From assembly GCF_000007985.2 (NCBI RefSeq), contig NC_002939.5, positions 270,001 through 302,000 on the forward strand: a DNA stretch of 32,000 nucleotides, in the 5' to 3' direction. The notes under the pieces are model-generated. The model worked only from the letters and a program-made list of their open reading frames with translations. It made no database searches and was not told where the DNA came from. The DNA comes from Geobacter sulfurreducens PCA. Its GTDB lineage: Bacteria; Desulfobacterota; Desulfuromonadia; Geobacterales; Geobacteraceae. Below are positions 8,525 through 16,422 of the stretch, one piece after another. How positions within the stretch are numbered: the stretch's first letter is position 1; each line of letters begins with the position of its first letter. The translations under genes and the position numbers were made by a program.

Positions 8525-9955
8525 TTACTGATCCCGTTTCCTGAGTTTCCAGCCTTCCTTGTTTATCTGCGGCGTCCGGGCTATGGCCAGCGAATCCGCT
8601 GGTACATCCCGGGTCACTGTGGTGCCTGCCGCGATGAGGGTGTTGCTGCCGATGGTGACCGGCGCCACGAACTGCACGTCGCTCCCGACGAAGACGTCGT
8701 CACCGATGACGGTCCGATGCTTGTTCACGCCGTCATAGTTACAGGTAATGGTGCCGCAGCCCACGTTCACGTTCCGGCCGATGGTGGCGTCCCCCAGGTA
8801 GGTCAGGTGGGATGCCTTGGACCCCTCTCCCATGACGATCTTCTTGGTTTCCACGAAGTTGCCGATCTTCACGTGGGCCCCGAGCTCGCTGCCGGGGCGC
8901 AGGTGGGCCATGGGGCCGATGGCGGCGTGGTCCATGACCGTGGAATCCTCCATGACGGTACCCGCTTTGATGACCACGTCGCTGCCGAGCCGGCAGCCCC
9001 GGATCACCGCCCGCGATTCCACCACGCAGCGGTCGCCCAGTTCGCTCCCCTTGATGATTGCGCCGGCCTCGATGGTGCACCCCTCGCCGACCCGGCAGCC
9101 GCCTGCGATCTGGACTCCCGGCTGAATCGTGGTGTCGGCGCCGATGACGACCCCCTGGTCGATGTAGGTGGCCGCCGGGTCAACCAGGGTGACGCCGTTC
9201 AGCATATGCTCCTCGGCGATTCGACGGCGGGCGTGCCGGGCTGCCTCGGCCAGCTGGACCCGGTCGTTGATCCCCATGACCTCCACCGGATCGGCCACCG
9301 GATGGGCGGTGCAGCGCAGACCCCGGTCATTGGCCATGGTGATGATATCGGTAAGGTAATATTCCCCCTGGGCGTTATCGTTGCCGATCCGCTTCACCGC
9401 ATCGAAGAGAAAGGATGCCTCGGCGCAGTAAATGCCGGCGTTCACCTCGGTGCGGCTCCGCTCGTCGGGGGTCGCATCCTTTTCCTCCACGATCCGGATG
9501 ACCCTGCCGTCGAAGCCGCGGATGATGCGCCCATAACCGTGGGGATTTTCCTGACGGGCCGTGAGTACGGTGAGGACCGCCCCGGTCGCCTCGTGGGCCG
9601 TCACCATGGCCCGCAGAGTCTCGGTGCGGATGAGGGGGACATCGCCGCAGAGAATGAGAACTTTTCCGCTGAAGCCGGACAGATCCCCGGCGGCGCAGGC
9701 AACGGCGTGCCCGGTGCCGAGCTGCTCCTCCTGCACGGCCAGGGTGATGTCGGCATCGTTGGAGAAATGCTCGCGAAGACGCTCGGCCTGGTGGCCGACC
9801 ACGGCAACGATGCGTCCCGCGCCGGCCTGTCGGGCCACTGCCACCGGCCATGCCACCATCGGCGCGCCGGCCAGGGGGTGCATGACTTTCACGATCCCCG
9901 ATTTCATCCTTGTCCCCTTGCCGGCGGCAAGGATGATTGCCGCAAGATTATCCAT
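8525..9955 (-). CDS. glmU: Bifunctional UDP-N-acetylglucosamine diphosphorylase / glucosamine-1-phosphate N-acetyltransferase
   Basis: LAAGKGTRMKS nucleotidyltransferase motif plus a C-terminal left-handed beta-helix of hexapeptide repeats. It is 65 nt upstream of glmS on the same strand. Confidence 0.97.
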   Translation of the reverse strand: MDNLAAIILAAGKGTRMKSGIVKVMHPLAGAPMVAWPVAVARQAGAGRIVAVVGHQAERLREHFSNDADITLAVQEEQLGTGHAVACAAGDLSGFSGKVLILCGDVPLIRTETLRAMVTAHEATGAVLTVLTARQENPHGYGRIIRGFDGRVIRIVEEKDATPDERSRTEVNAGIYCAEASFLFDAVKRIGNDNAQGEYYLTDIITMANDRGLRCTAHPVADPVEVMGINDRVQLAEAARHARRRIAEEHMLNGVTLVDPAATYIDQGVVIGADTTIQPGVQIAGGCRVGEGCTIEAGAIIKGSELGDRCVVESRAVIRGCRLGSDVVIKAGTVMEDSTVMDHAAIGPMAHLRPGSELGAHVKIGNFVETKKIVMGEGSKASHLTYLGDATIGRNVNVGCGTITCNYDGVNKHRTVIGDDVFVGSDVQFVAPVTIGSNTLIAAGTTVTRDVPADSLAIARTPQINKEGWKLRKRDQ

Positions 9956-10115
9956 GGGTTCCTCCCGGACTGAAAGCGTCGGAAATAATTCGTATTCGAA
10001 AACAAGTAACGTTAAACGATGCCGAGGTTTCCAGTCAAGTGATTAACGTGGCGAAACCGCGAGCTTTCGCCTTTACACGGGATGGGTTCTAGAGTAGTCT
10101 TTTGCCGGAGAACCT

Positions 10116-10661
10116 ATGGGAATACCTGAAGACATACACCTGTTCGAGCAGAGCCTCAATGAGCTCGTCATCAAGTACGAGCAGTACTTCCTCGGTATCG
10201 AGAAGCGGGAACCCCTGCGTCTGCGGGAAACGGTCGACCGGTTGGCGCGCAAGCACTCAGCCGTGAAGATCGTCAATACCATGCTCAACTTCAAGTATAC
10301 CTCTCTTGTTTCCCGCTACGCCAGTTACCGCCAGTACTGGGACCGAATCCTCCGGCTCATGGAAGAAGGGAAGTACTCGCGGGACCGCTTCAGGATGGCG
10401 ATCCACGAACGTTCATCACCGGAGGTGCGGCAGCATGAACCCCCGCCTCCCAAGGATGAGGCGGAAGAGCTCTATCGCCAGTTCGTGGAGGCTCGCCGTT
10501 CCTGCAACCTTTCCACGGACAAGGTCTCCCGCGATCAGGTCGCCGCGGCCATCGAACGCCAGAAGCCGGTCATCAAAGCCAAGTACGGCACCGACCAGGT
10601 GGAATTCCGTGTGGTGGTGGAAGACGGCGTGCCCAAGATCAAGGCCCGTCCCCGCCGCTGA
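10116..10661 (+). CDS. Conserved hypothetical protein (helical, charged). From memory it resembles deltaproteobacterial MXAN_5187-type proteins; this is unverified.
   Basis: 181-aa ORF with GGAGAA 6 nt upstream of the ATG and good G/C third-position bias. There are no TM segments and no catalytic motifs. Confidence 0.65.
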   Translation: MGIPEDIHLFEQSLNELVIKYEQYFLGIEKREPLRLRETVDRLARKHSAVKIVNTMLNFKYTSLVSRYASYRQYWDRILRLMEEGKYSRDRFRMAIHERSSPEVRQHEPPPPKDEAEELYRQFVEARRSCNLSTDKVSRDQVAAAIERQKPVIKAKYGTDQVEFRVVVEDGVPKIKARPRR

Positions 10662-10693
10662 AGCGCCTTGTCTTCTCTTTTTCGGAGTCTGAC

Positions 10694-12574
10694 GTGAAGG
10701 TTGTCCTTGTCGCCATTCATCCCTATCCCTCGCCCCAGGCCGTTCCCCTCGCCAATGCCTGTCTTGCGGCATATCTTGCTACCGACGAGGAGCTGTCGGC
10801 CCGGGTGCGGGCCGTGTTGTGCGATTTTTTTACCGGCACGGCTGTCGGCACCTGCGTGGACGATATCCTTGCCAATGCCCCCGATGCCGTCGGGTTTTCC
10901 GTTTACCTCTGGAACCGGGACGACGCCCGTGCCGTGGCGGATGAGTTGCGGCGCCGCGCACCGGGTCTGACGCTCTTTGCCGGCGGCCCCGAAGCAACGG
11001 CCGATCCGGCGGGACTGCTCACCGGCTCTTCCTTTGATTTCCTCATCCAGGGCGAGGGGGAAATCCCTTTTCTCGATGTGATGGGGCGCCTTGAGATCGG
11101 TGAACCGGGCCGGGGAGCCGTGGGTACGGCCTGGCTTGACAACGACACGCTCAAGCACACGCCGGCTCGTCCGATCCGCCTTATTGATACCGCCCCATCG
11201 CCCCTGCTGACGGGGATTATCGATCCGTCCGGCTATCCCGGCATCCTCTGGCAGCTTGCCCGAGGCTGTGATTTCTCCTGCGAATACTGTTTTGACGACA
11301 AGGGAGAGCGCGGGGTGCGGCGCTACTCCCTGGAGCGGATCGACGCGGAGCTCGACGTGATCGTCCGCAGTGGCGTTCCTCAGGTGTTTGTCCTTGACTC
11401 TACCTTCAACCAGGATCGGGAACGGGCGAAAAAAGTCCTGAAGATGATTCGGGCCCGCGCCCGCCATGTCCATTTCCATTTCGAGGTCAGGAGCGAGTTC
11501 ATCGACCGGGAGATGGCCAAGCTTTTCGCGGGGATTACCTGTTCCCTTCAGATCGGTCTCCAGAGCGCCGACCCGAAAATCCTGCGCAGAATCAGGCGCC
11601 ATCTGGATCCCGACGACTTTCGCGAGCGGATTGGCCTGCTCAACGAAAGCGGGGCGATTTTCGGTTTCGACCTGATCTACGGGCTTCCCGGCGACTCCCT
11701 GGCTGCGTTCCGCCGCAGCCTCGACTTTGCCCTGGAGCTCTACCCGAATCACCTGGACATCTTTCCCCTGGCGATCCTTCCCGGCACCATCCTCGCCAAC
11801 CGGGCGTCTTCGGAAGGCCTGGAGCACCTTACCGCGCCTCCCTATACCCTTACGGGATCCCCCACCTTTACCCCCTCGGACCTTGAGAGGGCTGCTCGCC
11901 TGGCCGAAGCCTGCGATATCTTCTATACCCGCGGAAAGGCCGTTGCCTGGTTCAACAGCGTGGCGTCGGCCCTGCGCCTGTCTCCCGCCGCCCTGCTCGA
12001 CGAGTTTGCCGCCTGGCTCGATGATACCCGGCAGAAGGGGGAGCGCGGTACCGACCTGGGCGATCAGGATATCTGGCTCATGCAGCGGGAGTTTCTCGAC
12101 CGGATTTTCCGCCGCCGCAAGCGGGCGGCGCTTCTTCCCCTGGCCCTCGATCTGGTGGACTACCATTACTACTTCGCGGCAGCACTGGTTGCGCCGCCGC
12201 CTCCTCTTCCAACCGACCGGGAACTGTCGGGCCGGGATCTGCTCGGAGCGGTCTTTTCCCTCGCGCCGACGGCCCGGCTTGCCCACTTCTCCTATGAAAT
12301 CGTCGATATTCTCGAAGCGGGAGAGGTGGATCTGGCGGCATTCCGCGACTGCTTTGCCCCTTCCGGCTCTTGGGCGGTCATTTATCCCCGGGGAGGAGAC
12401 GTTTACACGGAACCGCTTCTCGAATCATATGCGAAATTTCTGCAGGGGCTCGACGGTACCGGCCAGGCCGGCGCAGCAGCGTCCCGTGCCGGCCTGACCC
12501 GGGCCGAGGCACGGGAATTTCTCGATTTCGCCGCGGCAGAGGGGATCGTTGTCCTTGCGACTCAGGCGCAGTAG
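10694..12574 (+). CDS. B12-binding-domain radical SAM protein (class B-like, long C-terminal extension)
   Basis: N-terminal Rossmann-like MKVVLVAIHPYPSPQAVPLANACLAAYL, then the CxxxCxxC cluster motif (LARGCDFSCEYCFD). GTG start with GGAG upstream, 32 nt after the previous gene. Confidence 0.88.
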   Translation: MKVVLVAIHPYPSPQAVPLANACLAAYLATDEELSARVRAVLCDFFTGTAVGTCVDDILANAPDAVGFSVYLWNRDDARAVADELRRRAPGLTLFAGGPEATADPAGLLTGSSFDFLIQGEGEIPFLDVMGRLEIGEPGRGAVGTAWLDNDTLKHTPARPIRLIDTAPSPLLTGIIDPSGYPGILWQLARGCDFSCEYCFDDKGERGVRRYSLERIDAELDVIVRSGVPQVFVLDSTFNQDRERAKKVLKMIRARARHVHFHFEVRSEFIDREMAKLFAGITCSLQIGLQSADPKILRRIRRHLDPDDFRERIGLLNESGAIFGFDLIYGLPGDSLAAFRRSLDFALELYPNHLDIFPLAILPGTILANRASSEGLEHLTAPPYTLTGSPTFTPSDLERAARLAEACDIFYTRGKAVAWFNSVASALRLSPAALLDEFAAWLDDTRQKGERGTDLGDQDIWLMQREFLDRIFRRRKRAALLPLALDLVDYHYYFAAALVAPPPPLPTDRELSGRDLLGAVFSLAPTARLAHFSYEIVDILEAGEVDLAAFRDCFAPSGSWAVIYPRGGDVYTEPLLESYAKFLQGLDGTGQAGAAASRAGLTRAEAREFLDFAAAEGIVVLATQAQ

Positions 12575-12589
12575 TTCAAGTGTGAGTTT

Positions 12590-12874
12590 GCCCTCTTCCC
12601 CGTTACGCTCTGTATAAAAAAATCATACAATTTTGTTGCTTTTTCTCGTTTGCGTGTATTAGTATCGCCGGGATTCAGAGCTGTTTCATTGAAGTACTCT
12701 TATACTTTAAAATACGGTTTTACGATAGCCGTTAACGCAAATTATCCCCCATGTAATTCCTGTTTGCTATGGCTGTCAATAATGCGCCCTGACTGGAAAT
12801 GGGTTTGAGTATTAATGGGCGATACCGTGTTCTATTTGTGTGAATAGAATACACCAACAGAGGAGGAGTTATAT
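12590..12874 (+). promoter_or_regulatory. AT-rich upstream region of the cytochrome gene, containing an inverted repeat (TTCTATT-N6-AATAGAA, 12830-12849) and a strong RBS (AGGAGGAG, 12861-12868)
   Basis: This is by far the most AT-rich stretch in the window. The IR arms were verified by eye. The RBS ends 6 nt before the ATG at 12875. No promoter hexamers could be assigned with confidence. Confidence 0.5.
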
Positions 12875-14734
12875 ATGTTGTCCACGTTTCTCCGGCTGTT
12901 CCCCGCGTTTCTGCTGTTCGTGACCCTCGCCGGCACGGCAGCGGCCGAGAGCGGCATGGCGATTGATCCCGCCACCTGTCTCGGCTGTCACAGCAACAAG
13001 ATTTCGGCCGCGGCGTTCTCTGCCTCGGTACACGGCAAGAATGCCTGTACCAGCTGTCACGTGGAGATCACCGATCTGACCAAGCACATGAAGGGTGAGG
13101 TCAAGGTCGAAAAGGTGCGCTGCGAACGGTGCCACAAGAAGGAAAACGCCGAACACTACTCCAGTGTCCATGCCCAGAAAGATGTCAGGTGCGCTGACTG
13201 CCACACCGATATCCACACCCACTCCTACTGGAACAAGGATAAGCGCAAGGTCGTGGCCAAGTGTATCCAGTGCCACGATAAGGAGGCCGGTTACCGCAAC
13301 TCGATCCACGGCAAGGGCGTCGCGGCCGGGAACATGGATTCGGCAGCCTGCAACGACTGCCACAACCTGCATGACATCAAACCGCTGGGTGATCCCAAGT
13401 CCAAGGAAAACAGAGAGTTCCATACCAAGGTGTGTCTGAAGTGTCACGCCGACGAGAAGATGATGGAGCGCAACAACGTCTTCACCGTCGCCGTCAAGAC
13501 CTACATGGACAGCTACCACGGCAAGAACTACCGTCTCGGCTTCCCCGAGAAGGTCGCCGGCTGCGCCGACTGCCACACCGCCCACGGCGTGCTCCCGGCC
13601 AAGGATCCCAACTCCAGCGTTAATCCCCAGAACCTGGTCGCCACCTGCGCCAAGTGCCACCCGAAGGCGACCCCCCTCTTCACCAAGTTCTACTCCCACG
13701 GTGAGCTTGGCGATCGTGAGAAGTACCCGATCCTCTACTACACCTTCATCGCCATGACCGGCCTGCTCGTCAGCACCTTCGCCGTGTTCTGGATTCACAC
13801 GCTGCTCTGGATGTTCCGCGGCTTCGTGGAAAACCGCGAGAAGCAACAGGCGCTCATTCACGGCCATGCCGAGCACCACATCCCCGATGGGCACAAGGTG
13901 TACCGCCGCTTCAAGCGTCGCCACATTTTCCTCCATCTCCTGGTCATCATCAGCTTCCTGATCCTGTCTCTCTCGGGTCTGCCGCTCAAGTTCAGCAGCC
14001 AGCACTGGGCGAAGTTCATGATGGATCACATCTTCGGGCACTCGGCCAATGCCGCGCTCGTTCACCGCATCGGTGCCGGCATCACCTTCGTCTACTTCGC
14101 GGGTGCTCTGCTCCTGTCCTTCCACTTCCTCTTCGTCCGGAAGGATATCAAGGGTAACTGGCTCCAGCGCATGTTCGGACCCGACTCTCTCATGCCCAAC
14201 TTCCGCGACATCAAGGATGTGGCGGGGATGGTCCGCTGGTTCCTGTTCCGGGGGCCGAAGCCGACCTTCGAGCGCTGGACCTACTGGGAGAAATTCGACT
14301 TCATCGCGGTCTTCTGGGGTATGTTTGCCATCGGCGGCTCGGGCCTGATGCTCTGGTTCCCTGAGTTCTTCGGTAGCTTCCTGCCGGGCTGGATGTTCAA
14401 CGTGGCCACCATCGTCCACTCCGACGAGGCGCTGCTTGCTACCGGCTTCATCTTCACGGTCCACTTCTTCAACACCCACGGCAGGCCCGAGAAGTTCCCG
14501 ATGGACTTCGTCATCTTCAATGGTCAGATGCCGAAACATGAGTTCATCGAAGAGCGCGGCGACCAGTGGAAGCGCTATGAGGAACTCGGCATCACCGAGG
14601 AATTCGCCGCCAAGAAAACCAGTGGCGTCGTCTATGACTTCATCGTGAAAGGCTTTGGTTTCACCGCGGTAGTCATCGGCCTCACCCTGGTCGTGCTCAT
14701 GCTGTACGCCTTCCTGAGCGGAGGCGCGCACTGA
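12875..14734 (+). CDS. cbcL: Nine-heme c-type cytochrome fused to a HydC/FdnI-like di-heme cytochrome b membrane domain (CbcL-type inner-membrane quinol oxidoreductase)
   Basis: There is a signal peptide and nine CXXCH motifs (CLGCH, CTSCH, CERCH, CADCH, CIQCH, CNDCH, CLKCH, CADCH, CAKCH) in the first ~270 aa. These are followed by ~5 TM helices carrying conserved His (HIFLHLLV, LVHRIGAG, ATIVHSDE, FTVHFFNTH). This architecture matches the published description of Geobacter sulfurreducens CbcL (GSU0274). Confidence 0.85.
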   Translation: MLSTFLRLFPAFLLFVTLAGTAAAESGMAIDPATCLGCHSNKISAAAFSASVHGKNACTSCHVEITDLTKHMKGEVKVEKVRCERCHKKENAEHYSSVHAQKDVRCADCHTDIHTHSYWNKDKRKVVAKCIQCHDKEAGYRNSIHGKGVAAGNMDSAACNDCHNLHDIKPLGDPKSKENREFHTKVCLKCHADEKMMERNNVFTVAVKTYMDSYHGKNYRLGFPEKVAGCADCHTAHGVLPAKDPNSSVNPQNLVATCAKCHPKATPLFTKFYSHGELGDREKYPILYYTFIAMTGLLVSTFAVFWIHTLLWMFRGFVENREKQQALIHGHAEHHIPDGHKVYRRFKRRHIFLHLLVIISFLILSLSGLPLKFSSQHWAKFMMDHIFGHSANAALVHRIGAGITFVYFAGALLLSFHFLFVRKDIKGNWLQRMFGPDSLMPNFRDIKDVAGMVRWFLFRGPKPTFERWTYWEKFDFIAVFWGMFAIGGSGLMLWFPEFFGSFLPGWMFNVATIVHSDEALLATGFIFTVHFFNTHGRPEKFPMDFVIFNGQMPKHEFIEERGDQWKRYEELGITEEFAAKKTSGVVYDFIVKGFGFTAVVIGLTLVVLMLYAFLSGGAH

Positions 14735-14761
14735 TCTTTCAGTAGCGGCATCGCAGGAACG

Positions 14762-14794
14762 AAAAGGGGGAACCGGTCAGCCGGTTCCCCCTTT
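14762..14794 (+). terminator. Intrinsic terminator of the cytochrome gene
   Basis: AAAAGGGGGAACCGG-TCAG-CCGGTTCCCCCTTT: an 11-bp GC-rich stem followed by a T-run, 28 nt after the stop codon. Confidence 0.8.
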
Positions 14795-15033
14795 GCATTT
14801 GCGAAGTAACGCTGTGGAGCCCCCGCACTTTTCGCCAACATTAGGTATTCTGTTCAGATCCAACGATCTCAGGCGCCAAGGCACTGATGCCCTCGCACGG
14901 CGAATGAACTGGGACGGTTGCCGCGTCATTTTCTGGTGCCGGCTGCCAAGCCTGCGGGGGAATGCTCGGGGAATTGGATTGTGCTCAAGGAAGGAGCCCA
15001 GCCACTGTCGGGTCGGGCGGGGTATCAAGGAAG

Positions 15034-15073
15034 TGCAGCCGGCTGGGCGGCAGATGTCACGAAGCCGGCTGCA
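15034..15073 (-). terminator. Perfect 11-bp stem hairpin (TGCAGCCGGCT-N18-AGCCGGCTGCA) about 180 nt downstream of the HlyD-family gene; a possible operon-end structure
   Basis: The stems were verified as exact reverse complements. The loop is large (18 nt) and the trailing sequence is only weakly T-rich, so terminator function is uncertain. Confidence 0.3.
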
Positions 15074-15249
15074 TCTGGTGTATGTGCCGCATGTTGCGCC
15101 ATCATGATGTGATGACGGTTCCAGAGATCCGGCGATGTTGTTCGCCGGCGAATCTCTTCGTGCATGGATGCGTTTAGCCTTATGCCGTCGCGAATTCTCA
15201 TTGCCGCTTCAGCCACACCGGCAATCTGGTTGGCAAGGCGGAGAGCCCG

Positions 15250-16422
15250 TCAGCGCTCGCCCATCGATTCGGTCATGGTCTTGCGCAGTGGTTTGAGCAG
15301 GTAGTCAAGCACGGTCCGGCTGCCGGTACGGATATCCACCTGGGCCGTCATGCCGGGTATGATGTCCAGCTGCTTACCGGTTCTCGTCCTGACCGGATTG
15401 CTGCCGGCTATCTCGACATGGACCCGGTAATAGGTCTGCTCGCCCGCTTTGGACTCCTCCTTGATGGTGTCTGCGCTGACATAGGCGACCGTACCGTCGA
15501 CCGCACCATGGATGGTATAGTCGAAGGCGTCGAACCTGATTGCTGCGGGCAGGCCCGGTCGGATCTGGGCGATATCGGACGGCTTCACCTTGGTTTCGAT
15601 GATCAGCTTGTCGTCAAGTGGGACGATCTGCATGAGCTCCTCGCCGGAGCGGAGCACGCCCCCTTGGGTCGTGACGCGGACATTTTTTACGATTCCGTCG
15701 ACGGGAGTTTTCATGACACTGTCGAACAGTTGCTGGTTGCGTTGAGTCCTCACCTGTTCGTTCTGGTTGATCTCGTCCTCAATCTTTGCCAACTCGGCGC
15801 TTGCATCCTGGTAGTATTTGTTTTTCCGGTTGATCAGCTGTGCCTCGGCATCGTTCAATGCCCGTTCGCTCCTGATCACCTCTGAGCGGCTCACGTCGCC
15901 GGTCTTGGCCAACTGCGCCACCAGGTGGGCGTCCTCCCGCGCAAGTTTTACCGCGACGTCAAGGGTCCGCAACTCTTCGCGGAGGCTCTGGCGTCGCTGA
16001 TCGAACAGTGCCTGCTGTACCTTGACCAGCTCCGGGAAGCCGCGCAATTCGGGAGGAAATGCGACCGACGGAGAGCCCAGCACCTCGGCCCGGAGTCTGG
16101 CCGATTGGGCCTTCATCGCCGCCAGCCGGGCGTCGAGCTCTCTGACCGAAGCTCCGGAGCGGGTCTGGTCAAGCAAGGCCACTACCTGTCCGCGCCTGAC
16201 CCGGTCACCTTCCTTTACCTTCAGAGACTGGAGCACTCCCCCGTCCACTGCCTGAATGACCTGGACCCGGCTGCTGGAAATGACCGAGCCGATCCCGCGG
16301 GTCGTCTGGTCGACACGATAAACGTACGCCCAGATGAAAAAGAGAATGAAGGCAACGACGAAGGCCCACAGCAGCACTGAGCGGACCGGCTTGGCCGATG
16401 TCTGTTCCATGGCGTCATTCAT
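15250..16422 (-). CDS. HlyD family type I secretion periplasmic adaptor (membrane fusion protein)
   Basis: N-terminal TM anchor (SVLLWAFVVAFILFFIWAYVY), a long coiled-coil, beta-barrel/lipoyl-like segments, and the characteristic C-terminus (GMTAQVDIRTGSRTVLDYLLKPL). Confidence 0.93.
   Translation of the reverse strand: MNDAMEQTSAKPVRSVLLWAFVVAFILFFIWAYVYRVDQTTRGIGSVISSSRVQVIQAVDGGVLQSLKVKEGDRVRRGQVVALLDQTRSGASVRELDARLAAMKAQSARLRAEVLGSPSVAFPPELRGFPELVKVQQALFDQRRQSLREELRTLDVAVKLAREDAHLVAQLAKTGDVSRSEVIRSERALNDAEAQLINRKNKYYQDASAELAKIEDEINQNEQVRTQRNQQLFDSVMKTPVDGIVKNVRVTTQGGVLRSGEELMQIVPLDDKLIIETKVKPSDIAQIRPGLPAAIRFDAFDYTIHGAVDGTVAYVSADTIKEESKAGEQTYYRVHVEIAGSNPVRTRTGKQLDIIPGMTAQVDIRTGSRTVLDYLLKPLRKTMTESMGER

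Noticed and set aside
6699-8531. 610-aa ORF on the + strand
   Set aside because: It lies exactly antisense to glmS, which is unambiguous. The translation is low-complexity and rich in G/D/H/A/L/V, typical of shadow ORFs in high-GC genes with G/C-rich third positions.
9956-10115. Specific sigma-70 promoters for glmU (TTGACT-N17-TTAACG on the - strand) and for the 10116 gene (TTTACA-N17-TAGTCT)
   Set aside because: The hexamer matches are weak (about 3/6 at -10), and such matches are expected by chance in a 160-bp AT-richer spacer. The support is too thin to list them as features.
10535-12286. 583-aa ORF on the - strand
   Set aside because: It is the antisense shadow of the radical SAM gene. 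It spans the upstream gene boundary and has an Arg/Gly/Pro-rich nonsense composition.
12590-12874. c-di-GMP/cGAMP (GEMM-I) riboswitch upstream of the cytochrome gene
   Set aside because: I looked for the conserved ...GCAAACC...GGGACGCAAAGCC... elements and a GNRA tetraloop/receptor arrangement and found none. The region is AT-rich with little stable helix potential.
12869-14731. 620-aa ORF on the - strand
   Set aside because: It is the antisense shadow of the nine-heme cytochrome gene, with no motifs and an E/D/G/V-rich translation. The + strand product has a signal peptide, nine CXXCH motifs and TM helices.
15025-15216. 63-aa ORF (-) as a gene or transposase fragment
   Set aside because: Only a ~10-residue resemblance (RLN....EIRRRT) to IS256/mutator transposases. 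There is no DDE region, no inverted repeats and poor coding bias. It is kept only as a speculative note in the junction finding.
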